DNA from: Podarcis pityusensis
Lineage: Eukaryota
DNA: 64,000 nt
Assembly: GCA_964106645.2 (NCBI GenBank)
Contig: OZ067039.1
Direction: 5' to 3' (one strand)
Below, piece by piece: positions 26,411 through 38,602 of this stretch; within the stretch, counting starts at the first letter, position 1; each line of letters opens with the position of its first letter. The notes below the pieces were generated by a model. It saw only the letters and a program-made list of their open reading frames with translations, made no database searches and was not told where the DNA came from. The position numbers and the translations under genes are program-made.

Positions 26411-28269
26411 TGGGATACATTTTAGGCATTTGATATATTAGCAGAAGGGTGTACACGGTGTTGCTTTTTGACTTCTTCCAATCTCACACCACTCTGGTAA
26501 CACCTAGATAGAGGAGCCGTATGAGTGGAACTAAAGCAGAAACAAACCACTATTCATTTAGATTGTCTACATTTCCTTTGCTTCACTGGTTAAACCAATA
26601 AGGTTTAGGGCAATTGGACAGCAGATACTCCACTGATTCTAATGATGCAACACATTTGGTCTCAACAAAACTAGTGTTTGATTTCTGCTCTACTGTTAGA
26701 TTAGATTTCACCAGATTCTCTTGATGCCTTTAATTGTTTTATCGATTTTGATTGTTACGTTGTCATTGTCTTTTGTAGTTATTTTATGGTAGTGAGCCAT
26801 CTTGGGGTCAAAAGGCAAGGTAGAAATCTTTCAACAAAATCTTCCAATAATCCTCTTTCTGTACCTGCATAAATCTGGGAAATTTATTCCAAAGCTAAAA
26901 AGAAAAAAGGAATTAGTGTAAGTCAGCAGAACCTTTTATTGTCTGTTTCATTAACATCTCCATAAACCTTTGCTTAGAGTGTCAAGAGCAACATGAATGT
27001 ATCTGCTACTCCATGTCATGTTAATTGAACCCTATCCCTATAGATGCTGCAGCACAAGTTTCTTTCACTTATGGAATAGTAGGAGGGTATCCTTATTAGC
27101 TGAAGCACTGCTGGGTTCTTTTTTTGTGGGGTGGGAGAATGAAAGATAATATCAGCAAGAGAGGACTGAGACCTGGCAGTGCCTCTCTGCAGAGTCTCAG
27201 AAGGACTGCACTGCAGTCTAATTCTTGCATGGATGGGTAAGCCAAACCGTGTAGCTGTCATAGAGGTCATTGCCCCTAGAATCAATTTTCCTCGTGGTGA
27301 TTTTCTCCTTGGAAGCACACAGCAGAGATGGAGGGTGTTTGAAAGATTTCCAGCCGACTTGATTGTGGATAGTGAAATCCTTTCTCTGGAACTGGATCAC
27401 GGTGGAATTTCACACACTGAAGGAGACCACCACCAGCTCCCGCTCCTACCGCAGCATGTTTCTCCCTTACATAAGTAGGCTATACCTTGAGGGAGCATGG
27501 GCTTAATGAGGCAGAGCGGCAGCCCATTTTAAATACATTAAAACAGTCAAGACCCCAAAACCGCGACAGAATAGTGTATGAAAGTTTTCAACTATCTTCC
27601 TAGCAGTTTGTAGGAGAAGGGGCAAATTGTTACCAAGATCTTCAGATGCACAAGTAACATTTTCCAAAGGTTTGGCTTGCCAAATTTTAAGGGATTCGGC
27701 CATGCCTCTCCCTCAACAGTCAATTATAACCGAAAGCTTGCCAGCTGTGAAAACAAAGGCGTACTTCAATGTTTTAGTTAGCCACAAACAAAAGAGCCAG
27801 TATTAGGTGAGTCTTTAAGAAAATAGTCTACCTCACTATAGTAATTTGACAGTCCCTTCCCTTTAATGTTAGTTTATTTAAATATTAATTGTACACCATG
27901 TGCCTCACACTTTACATAACACTGATGAAAGAGGTTGAGAAAATTCATCAATACATCAGTCTGTGTGGGGACAAAATGGTGACAAGAGGCAGTTGAACCT
28001 GTGGAGTTATTATTAAGCTATTATATCACTAAGAAGTAACTAAAAGATTGGCTGTTTAGACCCAATGCTGTAGTATCCTAAATTGTGATGTTCTGCAGAG
28101 AATGGCTCACACATTTCAATGAAGGATGAAGTGGCATGCTACCTGCATAAGTGTAACAAAGCAGGCACTGACTTTTTTCTAGGGAAAAGCGGTTATGGGA
28201 GCACTTAGTTCTTTTTCTCACTGCTTTTCTACTCCAAACTGTCACTTGCCAGTTTACTGTCCATCTTAC

Positions 28270-28900
28270 TTATTTATTTATTGGCAGCTCTAGATGTCCA
28301 GGCAACCCAAAACATAATACAAAAGTTAAAATTAATTAATGGTAGAAAAAACAGGAAACAAGAAAAAGTAATACAGTATAAAAAAATCAGATGGTCTTTG
28401 TCTAGCATGGAAAAGGTGCCATGTGAGCTCTAGGGAGCTCATTCAACAGCTGGCATGTCACCACTGAAAAGACCCTTTCACTTGTAGCAATCTGCTAAAC
28501 CCACCAGGTGGGAAACTCAGATAAGGACCTCTGAGGATCTTAAGGTCCAGATAGATACAGATGTGAAGAAATGATCCTTACACTTCAAGCTGAGTTTGGA
28601 AATGGACTGAATGCCAATGAAGATGATGAAGTGTTTTACTCATATTTCCCCCTCCCCAGTTATCAATCTCACAGTTGTATTTTGAACTGATACAGGTTTC
28701 TGGACCTCTATCAGTTTCCCCACAGTACGATAAACCAAGTAGGGGATTACTAGTACATAGGTGACTGAAACTAGGCTATTCCTTCCCAGGTAAGGCTGTA
28801 CCAGGCATACCAGCTCAAGCGGACCCAATGGCAATCCAGGCAGTTTGTCTCCCCAATGACAAAGATGGATCAATGTGCACCCCCAGGCTATCAACCTGAA
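28270..28900 (-). mobile_element. L2-like LINE 3' fragment
   Basis: Minus-strand ORF remnant (QPYL...LVSVTYVLVI...VQNTTVRLITG) and T-rich tail at the left. Confidence 0.7.
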
Positions 28901-28919
28901 TATGTAGTCCAGGGCTGGA

Positions 28920-29262
28920 GAAAACTCCTAGGGATCACATGCCTATGGTGGGCAGCAGGCTAGAGGCAAAAGTGGGCATAACAACAGGTGTTTATTTGAC
29001 CTTTGAGCACCAGACTAGTTTCTACTTACACTCTCACACACCCCTCTCTATCTTCCATCCAGGCAAGCAAAAGTCATTATCAGAGTTCAAGGATACATTC
29101 CAGCCAGGCAAAAACACTCGAGGGTGTGAAGCAAGGCTGGTGAGTGGTGTGGCCTGGGGAGAGGGGAATGTGGCTGGGGAGGGGCTGTGACCTGGGGAAG
29201 AGGCCCATGGGGCAGAAAGAGAGGCCTAGAGGGCTGTGTTTAGCCTCTGGGCCTGAAGTTCC
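28920..29262. mobile_element. Non-autonomous hAT-like element (second copy at 47422-47910)
   Basis: Shared blocks tcacatgcc..., caagcaa.ag.cattat.agagtt.caag, ccagccag.caaaaa, gtggcctg. Confidence 0.65.
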
Positions 29263-29841
29263 TTTTAGCAGGAGTGAAACCCCCTCTGGAACAGGTTGAA
29301 CACCACTTACCTGGCAGGTGAACCACCCACTTGAATTGCCTCTGCCTTGTATGGATTGAGCTTCAGTTTGCTGGCTATCCTCCCGACCTTTGCTGCATCC
29401 TGGCACTGACTTTACACTCCCACTGCTCCATCTGTGGCTGATGGAAATAAGTAGTGAAGTTGGGTGCCATCCACACATTTCCCTGCTTTGGTGCTTTTAA
29501 AGTGAAAGGGGGTATGTAAATGGTTTAATAAACAAAACAAATAAATTCTGCTCAAACCAGTGGATGACCTCATTCAGCATTTCAAGTACCCTTGCCTCTG
29601 TGTTAGTTCTCTACTCCAGATCCTGCTCCTGAAGGTACTTCACCTGAGAAAAACAACCATTGGGCTTTTTTTTTTTTTACATGTCTGTGCCTTGCTTGCA
29701 ATATGTGTGGTTAGCCCTCAAGCTTCCTTGCTGTAATAATGTCTGCAAGTACTGTGCTGTGTCTCTTTTCACAGCTGTCCTTTTCTATGCAGAGACTAAT
29801 GTGATGCTCAAAACTGACAAAATCTCAGAACGTGAAATTTA

Positions 29842-29844
<3 letters not shown>

Positions 29845-29875
<31 letters not shown>
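29845..29875. repeat. (AC)n microsatellite
   Basis: Direct reading. Confidence 0.95.
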
Positions 29876-29877
<2 letters not shown>

Positions 29878-30920
29878 GCCAGATATCAACAAATGCACAT
29901 AAACCAGAAAAAGTCTTTAAAATATCAGCATGAGCACTCCTAACAGAGGACTGGGCCACTCAGAGCAGTGGAGCTACCCAACACTTTCGAACCCTTGCCA
30001 ACTTCTGGCTGGCACAGCAGAGGGGCTAAGATCAGGATCTTCTTCAGCAAATAGACTTATTGGCTCTGCCCTGACCCTGGAAAACCCCATTTGGGACCTT
30101 ACTCTGGCTACCACTGCTGCACTGGCTTCACAATAGCTCACATCTACAGTGGTCACAGCAGGGATTTTCATCATGATCGAGTCCTTCTGCCAGAGAAGGG
30201 ATACAGGTTCCAACTCCCATTATAGATTGGGATTTAGGATTACTCCTAACATACAATAAACTTTGAGTTAGGATCACTCCCTAAGCCTAGTGATGCAGTC
30301 CACATAGTACTCTCAGTACATAAGAGTTATTTAGTTGGCTCAGTGGATAACTATGGACTGCACTGTATGTAGCATCTGGCCATGGCAATGGGCAGAAGAA
30401 GAAATTACGGTGCTTGGAATTCTGTATTCTGGTGAAGAGCAAGAATTGGATACAACCAGACATTTTTTACAATACCAGCCTTACGTTTGTGATGCTGGGT
30501 ACTTGGAATGGGGTGCGGGTAGGGGGAGGCTCTAAAAAGTTAATAGATCCCTAGTATTTTTAAAAAGCATTTACCTTTAAGAACAAACTTCTTCCACTTT
30601 TACTTTATCCTGAAGCTGAAAAATTGACTTGGAACCAAACAAATTAGGACAGGCTGTGCAATGGTGTATAACACTCTGAGGAATGGAACCTTTCAGGACT
30701 GACATATCATTTCACAGACTTGTGCTTTCACAAATTAATGCGTGACAAGGCTTCTTCAGAATTTTTTTTCTTCAAGTCCCCCCTCCTCCCCCCTTTCCCC
30801 TATTTCTTTCTGTGCAAACAGAAGACAAGATGAGTGTAATTATTATGCATATTCTACGCTCCCCTCTGTCTGCATGGCCTCATGTTTCTCTCTCTGTGTG
30901 TGTTTTTTGAACTTCCGCAG

Positions 30921-31054
30921 GGTTTTTCACTCAGATATCTACTCTAGCCGATGTTCAGGAAAACGTTATGGAATATCTCCATGTGCTTAGTCGACCCAAA
31001 GTGATCGATCAAGAGCACGACGTGGTATGGACTGAAGCCTATGTTGACAGCACT
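30921..31054 (+). CDS. CACNA2D3: CACNA2D3 coding exon (exon 13 equivalent), start of Cache region, 134 nt, phase 1 to 0
   Basis: ttccgcag|GGTTTTTC...AGCACT|gtaagt; (G)[44 protein letters not shown]; phase fits the previous exon. Confidence 0.97.
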
Positions 31055-34044
31055 GTAAGTCTTCAAGAGGCAACGTTTAATACATTGTGTTTATTTGCAG
31101 AACACCCAAAGGAATTTGGTATTGTTCTCATATTGCATTTGACACTACATAGAATGTCCTGAGCTTTTGCTTCCTTGACACTGGATTGTGCATGAGCTGC
31201 TAAGATGGAGTTCAATTTACATTACATTACATTGAATTGACTAATTTCACCTGCAGCAGTTACTGGGAAGTCTTTCATTTGTAGAGAATGTAAGGCTTCG
31301 TGTATTAAAGCCCAGTAAACAAAGCTGCCATTTTGCTTGTCAAGCACATAAAGTACAAATGTATGGCATAAGTATAAATCAGCTAATGCATATAAAACTC
31401 ATACAACTGCAGTCAATACTAGGGATTTTTAAAATTTAATTTAATTTATTAAATTTGTATGTGCAACAACCACAAGACTTGCTTTATATCTGTATTTGTA
31501 GCATTTGGAAGCAGCCCAATCTGCTTTGGACCTGCTCTGGTCATTCTATTGATTAGTTTTTTTGGGTCTGAATCTGATCTGTTACATCCAAAATTCAGGA
31601 GTTCAAAATAGCTATAACATTTTTTATTTTCACATAAGAAGATAGAATTTGCAGGCAAATGAGCCCTCCCATGTCAAATTTCATGCAGACCCATCCAGGG
31701 GGTTTTGTGCAAGGAACCTTTAAAAATTATTTTTTTTAACAAAGAAAAGACCTGTAATGTTTTGATTTCCTGATAGATTTGAATGCAAATTGCATGTTTG
31801 GTCATGCTTTTGGAGGGGATGAAGCCTACTAATTTTCAAAAATCTAGTGGTTCTGCAAAGGAGGACTTTAGTGTGATAGAAAATAGAAATCATGTTCCCT
31901 CCCCAATTTTATTTGTGGACAATCAGATTGAAAACTGGACACAAGGGAAGTGCCCCTAGATAAAGCTCAAACAAATAGGTTGCACATTTAATGGTTTTTG
32001 GGGGGAATGAGACCACAGAGCAACTTGGAAGTTATGGGTTCCTTGATCCACCTTGAGATACATTGTTAATGATGCAATCTGGCCTGAGGAATGTGAGATC
32101 AGGACCCGAATCACTCCAATTCCTCTTGTTATTTGGGGTGCACACGTTGCTGACACATACCCCTAGTCAATACCAGTAGGTCAAGTCACAAGGTTATAGT
32201 TCCAATGCTATAAAGCAGAGGTAGGTAACTTGTTAATTACTAACAAGGATACCAGGTATGTGAATGGCTCCTAATCTACATATTTTACCCTACACGCAAT
32301 AAACTAATTCTGCATACCATTTTCATGAATGTGGCAGATGTTAAGCTGAATCTGGTGGATATGTGATAGATCTAATCCAAAATTGTGCACTCCTAATTTG
32401 AGGCTGGGGTGGGTGGAATGGAGAGGGGGCCTCTCCAGTTAAATCCCAACCAAAAAAAAGGAGGAAACAACTTCAAGGTGAGTTTGGAAATCATATTCTG
32501 AAGATATGTGTACATAGAAGCTGGTATGCTCAGGATTCCAACAGGAAACCTTGCAGAAATGCCTTGGGAGTTTTTAGTATGTGAACAATATGTTTAAGAA
32601 TGTACTATTACATTTTTAAAAGGGAGATGCCTTTCATGTTGAAGTTGAGTAAATACCCTTTCTCCTTTTAGTGTATGCCTATAAGCATGATTGGTAGAAA
32701 ATATTAGAACTGGTATTGTTTTCCAATGACAATATAACCTTTTATTTTGTGTTTGTTTCGTTTTCACGTGTTTTTTATGGTAAGTAGTAGATCATTTTGA
32801 TTGTTTGTAGAACTTACTTGCAATTATTTTAGAAACAATACATTTCTAAACAGGGATAACATATGGTGGGATCTCTTTATATAAACATAGCTATCACACA
32901 CACTTGTAGCTTAGTGTGAGTAGAATCTAACATTTGTTCTAATTGCCTGTACAGATTTTCTATAGTTCTTTTCTGTTTTTTAACCTCCACCAGAACTAGA
33001 CAAATCTCAGAAATCTCACCAGGTGAGCTCAATCTCACTTTTTGAAAATGTTAAACATATAAATAAATTTGAGATTCATTAGCTTTGTGCAAATTTATAT
33101 GAGAACTAATATTACCTCTATCTGGAAACCAATCCATGTTCATTGCTGTGCTAAAGGAACTGTACAACTTTAAACTGTGTTATTCTGACAAATCTATGAC
33201 AATGGATAGATTTTAATATGCTTCTTGGTTTGAATCAGTGTTAAATTGTGGATTTCCAATCTTGATCTCATATTCTCTAGTCCTCTTTTTTGTGGGCTCT
33301 GGTTTTTGTGTTGTCTTTTTGGATATTAAAGGGATAATAATTGATAGCTCTGGTTCCCTATTGCTAATTGCAGTTTCCTGGCAGAAATCTTTAGTTGATA
33401 TTTGTTCAGACATTATAACAGGATAATTAGGCCCATTATGTAAAGTCTATTATTGAGTCTCACGTGATCAACTGTCTGGCATATGGTGAGCACCCGATAA
33501 GAAGGAATCTTTCCCTACAGGCCCATTTTCTTTCCTCTGTCTTAATAAGAGAGTTTTAAAGTGGGTGATGCAGAAAGGAGAATCTTACAGTTCCTCAAGA
33601 GTAGGGAGAAGCATTAATAAATTCCACCTACTTGCATTGTGCAGGAGTACAATTGTATTTTGGTTTTTGTATGCATAGACTACCTGGCACCTCCAGCTAA
33701 ACGCGACAGGCAGCAGGTAACGTGAAAGATCTCTACCTGAAACTCCGGCAGGCTGCTGCCCATTGAAGCAGATGAGACTGGGCTAGGTGGACAAATAGTT
33801 CAACTACTATAAAAGCAGCTTTTTCTTAGTGTTGCCAGTCAAGTTTTTCTTTACCTTGGCTTGGAGACAAATTTCAGAATTTCTTAATGAGTCACCTGAA
33901 AGCATAAGTCCACTACCTTCCACTTTCTCTGCTGTGGATCATAATCCAAGCAAAGGAAGAATCCCTGTTTTACTTCCGCTCTATCCTCAAAAGACTTCCT
34001 GAAAGCCCTTCCTCCTTCTCACAGGATAACCTCTCCACACCTAG

Positions 34045-34270
34045 AACATCTAAAACATTAAAACCATTCAGGTATTCTCACAGTTAATAATGGTTAATGG
34101 TTGCTGGAAACAGTATCTTTCAGCCAACAAATCCCTGGGTGAAAAGGGATCTTTTCATATTCCTCCTGAATGTTAATAATGAGGGAGACAAGCACATCGC
34201 TCTAGGAAGAGCATTCCACAAACAGGGAGCCATCACCAAGAAGGCCTTGTCAAGGCAGCCCCCTGAGAGG
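34045..34270 (-). mobile_element. L2-like LINE 3' fragment
   Basis: Minus-strand peptide KAFLVMAPCLWNALP...LSPSLLTFRRNMKRSLFTQGF is typical of the L2 ORF2 C-terminus. Confidence 0.8.
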
Positions 34271-35029
34271 GAGGGAGGGAGGGAAAATACTGCCCTCCAC
34301 ACTTTTCACTTTCTGCCACTGCCCTTCCCAGCTTGGCAGCAAGCAAAGAGAAGTGGGGAGGGTGTTGTGGGTTGGTGGGGAACTCTAAGCTGGTTATCAT
34401 TTTGGCTTCTATATAGATTCAGCTGATATTTACTGGCTGCATTCCCTGGGTATAAAGAGAATTTTTTATGATAGAAGCATTACCTTCTGTGAGTCCAACA
34501 TATCAATCAACTATATCAACTATACTATTAGGGGCTGTTTGTGCAACTTATGCAAACTGGTCTTACACAATATAGGACAGTAGCTTTGTGATATATACAG
34601 TCTTGTCTTTGTGCAAGTCTCCCTCTTTTGTAATGTTAGTCACATCTTAGCATCTCCAATTGCAATACCATTTTTCATACTCTCTTGAGCTACCTTTAAA
34701 CCTGATTTCTTCAAGTAACATTGGAATTATGATGACCTCGCTTATCATCTGTCTTTCACAGCAACATTTGGTGTGGTCATCAATAAGTGCTTGCCTTCGT
34801 GTGGGCAGGAAAAGAGCTGATAATGTTCTTTTGATTGCACCTCTCACTTGAGTTAAGGCCCTGAGAGTGTTATTTTGTGTCTGGGAGCCAAATGGTTAGT
34901 TGTGTGAAATTGCTGTGCGCATCAGCTGTCCTGGATTCTTCTATCTTATCATATGGATGCAGTATCTGTCAGTTGAAGGCTAACTGGAACTTTATAACCG
35001 AAGCACTTAGTAACTGCCCACAAAACTGC

Positions 35030-35203
35030 TGATAGGGCTGTACCTCAGTGGTAGAGGCTCAGCTGTATGCTGTATGCTATATGCTGAAAGCCCTAGCCAG
35101 GTTTAGTCCTTGCAGGTGGGACTGCAAATTCTCCCAGTCATTGTAGACAATGCTGAGGTTGGTGGACTGCTGATCGGACTTGTTAAAAGGCAGCTTCCTA
35201 TGT
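35030..35203 (+). mobile_element. Squam2-like SINE
   Basis: gggctgtacctcagtggtagag head; gtagacaatgctgag...aaggcagcttcctatgtt tail. Confidence 0.75.
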
Positions 35204-35269
35204 TAGAATCAGTTTTTGTCATGCTTGCTTTCCCGTTTGTTAGTGTAATTCTATATGCATGTATGTGTA

Positions 35270-35800
35270 TGTATTTAATATACAGCCCTTCATCCGAAGA
35301 TCTCAGGGCGGTTCACAAAATAAAAATACAGGATAAAAGCACAAAATAAATAGTTAAAAATAAAATAATAATGCCCCCTCCCACAAACACATTTAAAAGC
35401 CCATAGAATATTAAGGCCTGGTTGAAGTGGAATGTTTTTGCCTGGTGTATAATGAAGGCACCGGAAGAACCTACCTGGGGAGAGCATTCTACAGACTGGG
35501 AGCCATTACAGAAAAGGCCTGTTCTGGTGTTGCCACCCTCTGGACTTCTCACGGAGGAGGCACACAAAGAAGGGCCTCAGATGATGAATGCAGAGTCCAG
35601 ATCGGTTTATATAGGGAGAGGTGGTCCTTGAGGCATTGTGGTCCTGAGCTGTTCAAGGCTTTCTAGGTCAAAACCAGCTCTTTGAATTGGGCCTAGAAGC
35701 TAATTGGCAGCCAGTGCAGTCAGGCCAGGATTGGTGTAATATGCACCGGTGAGCAACCTGGGCACCAAATTCTGCACCATCTTCAGAGGCAGCCCTACAT
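35270..35800 (-). mobile_element. L2-like LINE 3' fragment
   Basis: gggagagcattc...agaaaaggcc...aaggctttctaggtcaaaaccagc...gcagccagtgcag; tail at the left. Confidence 0.85.
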
Positions 35801-36414
35801 TTGTTTGATAAACATTGCACTGCAGTGCAATTAAACGGCTTTCTTTGGCAAACTCCATTTATTGGGAGGAGTTCAGTGTCATTCTCTTCTAATCATTCTG
35901 TCAGCACAAGCATTTCTGCTTGCCAGGTGGCATGGTCCTCCTCTTGTCCCCTCCACACTATTCTGAGGGTTCTCCCAAACCTCAAGGCATATTTGGGGGT
36001 GGGACACAGAAGGAGGAGGAAGGGAAGTTCCATTGCTAGAGGGAGCCCTTGAGCTGGCTTCTATGTGGGCACCTGGCTGGTTGAATCCAGGCTACACTTT
36101 ATTTCCTGCATATTTGTATTCATATTTTTTAAAAAAAAATTCTACAAATTCAAGATCACTGGATTGTGACCAAGACTCCAAATTGCTCTACCTTGACATC
36201 AACATATTATCACTGTAATACAGCTTTAATGTGTTTTCAAGTGGATTATTGTGGAATTAGCTATATTTCCATTATTTACAAAAGCTGTTTGCAAGCCTGA
36301 AGGCTAAGATTAATTTCAGCGAAGGGAAGACTCAGGAAACCTAAAGTTGCAATTTCCAGCTGGGGGCGGGCAGCGGGGCGGGGATGACCTGGAGTCGGAG
36401 TGAACAAGGAGGTT

Positions 36415-36650
36415 CCCTAGTTTGCAGATGACACAAATTGTTCTGGATAATAAAATCCCAATCAGATTCTGAACTGCTCCGTACGGATCCCTTTAAACTG
36501 GGTGACTGGGCAACAGAATGGCTGATAAGATCCAGTGTAAGTAATTGCAAAGTGCCACACACATAAAATCCCAAGTACACATAAACATTGATCAGGTTTA
36601 AATTGACTGTACCCTGGAAAGAGATATTGGGGTCTCTGTGGAACACACCA
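36415..36650 (+). mobile_element. CR1 LINE reverse-transcriptase fragment
   Basis: FADDT motif then KLGDWATEWL..., CKV.H and ERDIGV remnants with frameshifts. Confidence 0.8.
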
Positions 36651-36710
36651 AAAAGTAGGCAATGGGGGGGGGTGAATAAAAAGAAGAAAAGTTCAGCACT
36701 GGGAATGATT

Positions 36711-36784
36711 GTTGTTGTTGTTTAGTCGTTTAGTCGTGTCCGACTCTTCGTGACCCCATGGACCAGAGCACGCCAGGCACGCCA
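36711..36784 (-). mobile_element. Severely 5'-truncated BovB (RTE) insertion, 74 bp
   Basis: (GTT)n tail plus tagtcgtgtccgactcttcgtgaccccatggac; perfect 10-bp TSD GGGAATGATT (36701-36710 / 36785-36794). Confidence 0.88.
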
Positions 36785-37078
36785 GGGAATGATTAGCATT
36801 AGGGATTTTTATGGTAAGAACACAATCCATTCACCCATAGGTGGAGAACTAGCCATTGAACTCAGTACAAACCCGTCTTGCCTTTTCACTCCTCAACATG
36901 CGTGGGTTGTTTTGAGGGAATGGGCAGCTTCTATGTCTTTTCCTTATCCCCATCAAACCACCCTTCTTCCCCTTTTGCTCTAGCTCTCCCTTTACAAATG
37001 TGGTTGAAAGTTCTCCTTGCACAATTGTTCACTCAGCTTTAGGAAAAATCATTCACCACTACAGTAGAGGAGCCCAGA

Positions 37079-37575
37079 GGTAGCCAAGGAAGAGCATATA
37101 GAACTCGTGCCATTTTTGTGCTCTTTGGAAACATCCATGCTATACATTCAAAGCACAGGGCTTCCACAACAGAATCCTAGGAACATATCCCTCACTATCC
37201 TTAAGAAACTACAATTCATATAATGCTTTTTTTGGGGGGGGGGAGGAAGCTCTGGGCTTTAAATGTGTGTCAGCTCTTCTTTAAATGTAGGGTACACCTG
37301 TGTCCTAAGTCTCCTTGTCGGGTTCAATGAATGCACACTTGGCAAATGTAGGTAGCACTTGGAAATATGTTAGAGGGTAGCCCAGTGTGGGGTTTTCAGC
37401 ACACTATATTCTGGGACCATGACTTGCGGTAGAGGTATCGAATTCTGTGCCCTCCAGATGCTGTTGAAGCATAGCTTCCATCATCTCTAACCATCTGCCA
37501 TGATGACTGAGACTGATGGGAGTTGGAGAACAGCAACAGTGGGAGGCAGTGTGTTGGCTACTCCTGGGTAGACCT
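37079..37575 (+). repeat. Local direct duplication, copy 2 (extra MITE at about 37140-37300; hAT MITE at about 37428-37567)
   Basis: Colinear with 26012-26410. Confidence 0.7.
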
Positions 37576-38602
37576 TCAAATGAGCTCTAGTCCATATTCA
37601 CCCATATATGCTGAAGCTTGTTGGGAATTTTCTGCCACTTGTCATTGCCACTGATGTCTTGCCACCCCTGCTACTTCATCCATAGATCCTCTTTATACCA
37701 AGGAGAAGAACAGTTTCTGGCTCAATTCAGATCATGGTGTTGGTAAGGGTGGCTCACAGCTTGCCCCTATGGATGAACCGCATCCAGTAGGACAGGAGTT
37801 CCTCCTTTTAGACTTAGGCAGAGACTTTGTGAGCTTATGTCAAATCACCTTTCTTCAGCATTATATATAAAAGAGCCATGTCTTATCAGGTTTTAGGAAG
37901 AAATCAAAGTAATTTCGCACTCTCTTTCTTCCAGATGATATTCCCAAAGACAGTATTTTGTTAATTGAGCTATTATCATAAGTGAATATAATTAGCATTT
38001 TCAGCACAGTAAAAGGAGCCCAGGGTCTCTTATTTCTAGTGCACATTATGGATTGCTGCTCTGAAAGCCCATTGCAATATTTCACAGTTAGTTTGAAATG
38101 CTCTTACATGACTACGGCAAGTAAATATTAGCAATTACTGTGAATGCAAATTATAGTAAAAAACATTTATAAGAAGGTGAGAGGAGGAAGTGTATTTGTG
38201 AATCAGTTATTTATGCAGGGAATAATGAAATTCATTTTGTGCCTGTTCTATAAGTATCTCACAAAATCAAAATAGCTTTAAACACCATACTTTGTGGTAG
38301 CATCTGCTATTAGCCTTTTGTACTTTTCTTTTCAGACATAGATTTCTTACTTGAACTTCTACTATTTCCCCCTTACATTTTTTGCTGTAGGTAGAATGAC
38401 AAAAGACTAGTTGACTATCAAACACTGGATAGTTCTCCATATACGTAACCTCTGTGGATACCTTACTTGCTAAAAATGAAAACTCTGTCATGACATGTCC
38501 ATCATTGTAGAAACCATTTCTCAAGATTTTTATGATTGCTGCTTTTATTTATTTAATGTTTATTTATTTTTTGCGTGCTGAGGTCCCCCAAAACACCCTT
38601 AT

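Noticed and set aside
27087-27094. U12-type donor-like GTATCCTT
   Set aside because: Not at an exon end; a few such 8-mers are expected in 64 kb.
27193-27236. Cryptic 44-nt exon (ctgcag...ATGG|gtaagc)
   Set aside because: Poor polypyrimidine tract; expected by chance.
27016-27703. ORF cluster suggesting a nested antisense gene such as LRTM1
   Set aside because: No leucine-rich repeats or other recognisable domain; LRTM1 is recalled to lie in a later CACNA2D3 intron.
30968-31162. ORF-track proteins extending past the CACNA2D3 exons (also 24534-24716)
   Set aside because: Intron read-through; homology stops at the GT donors.
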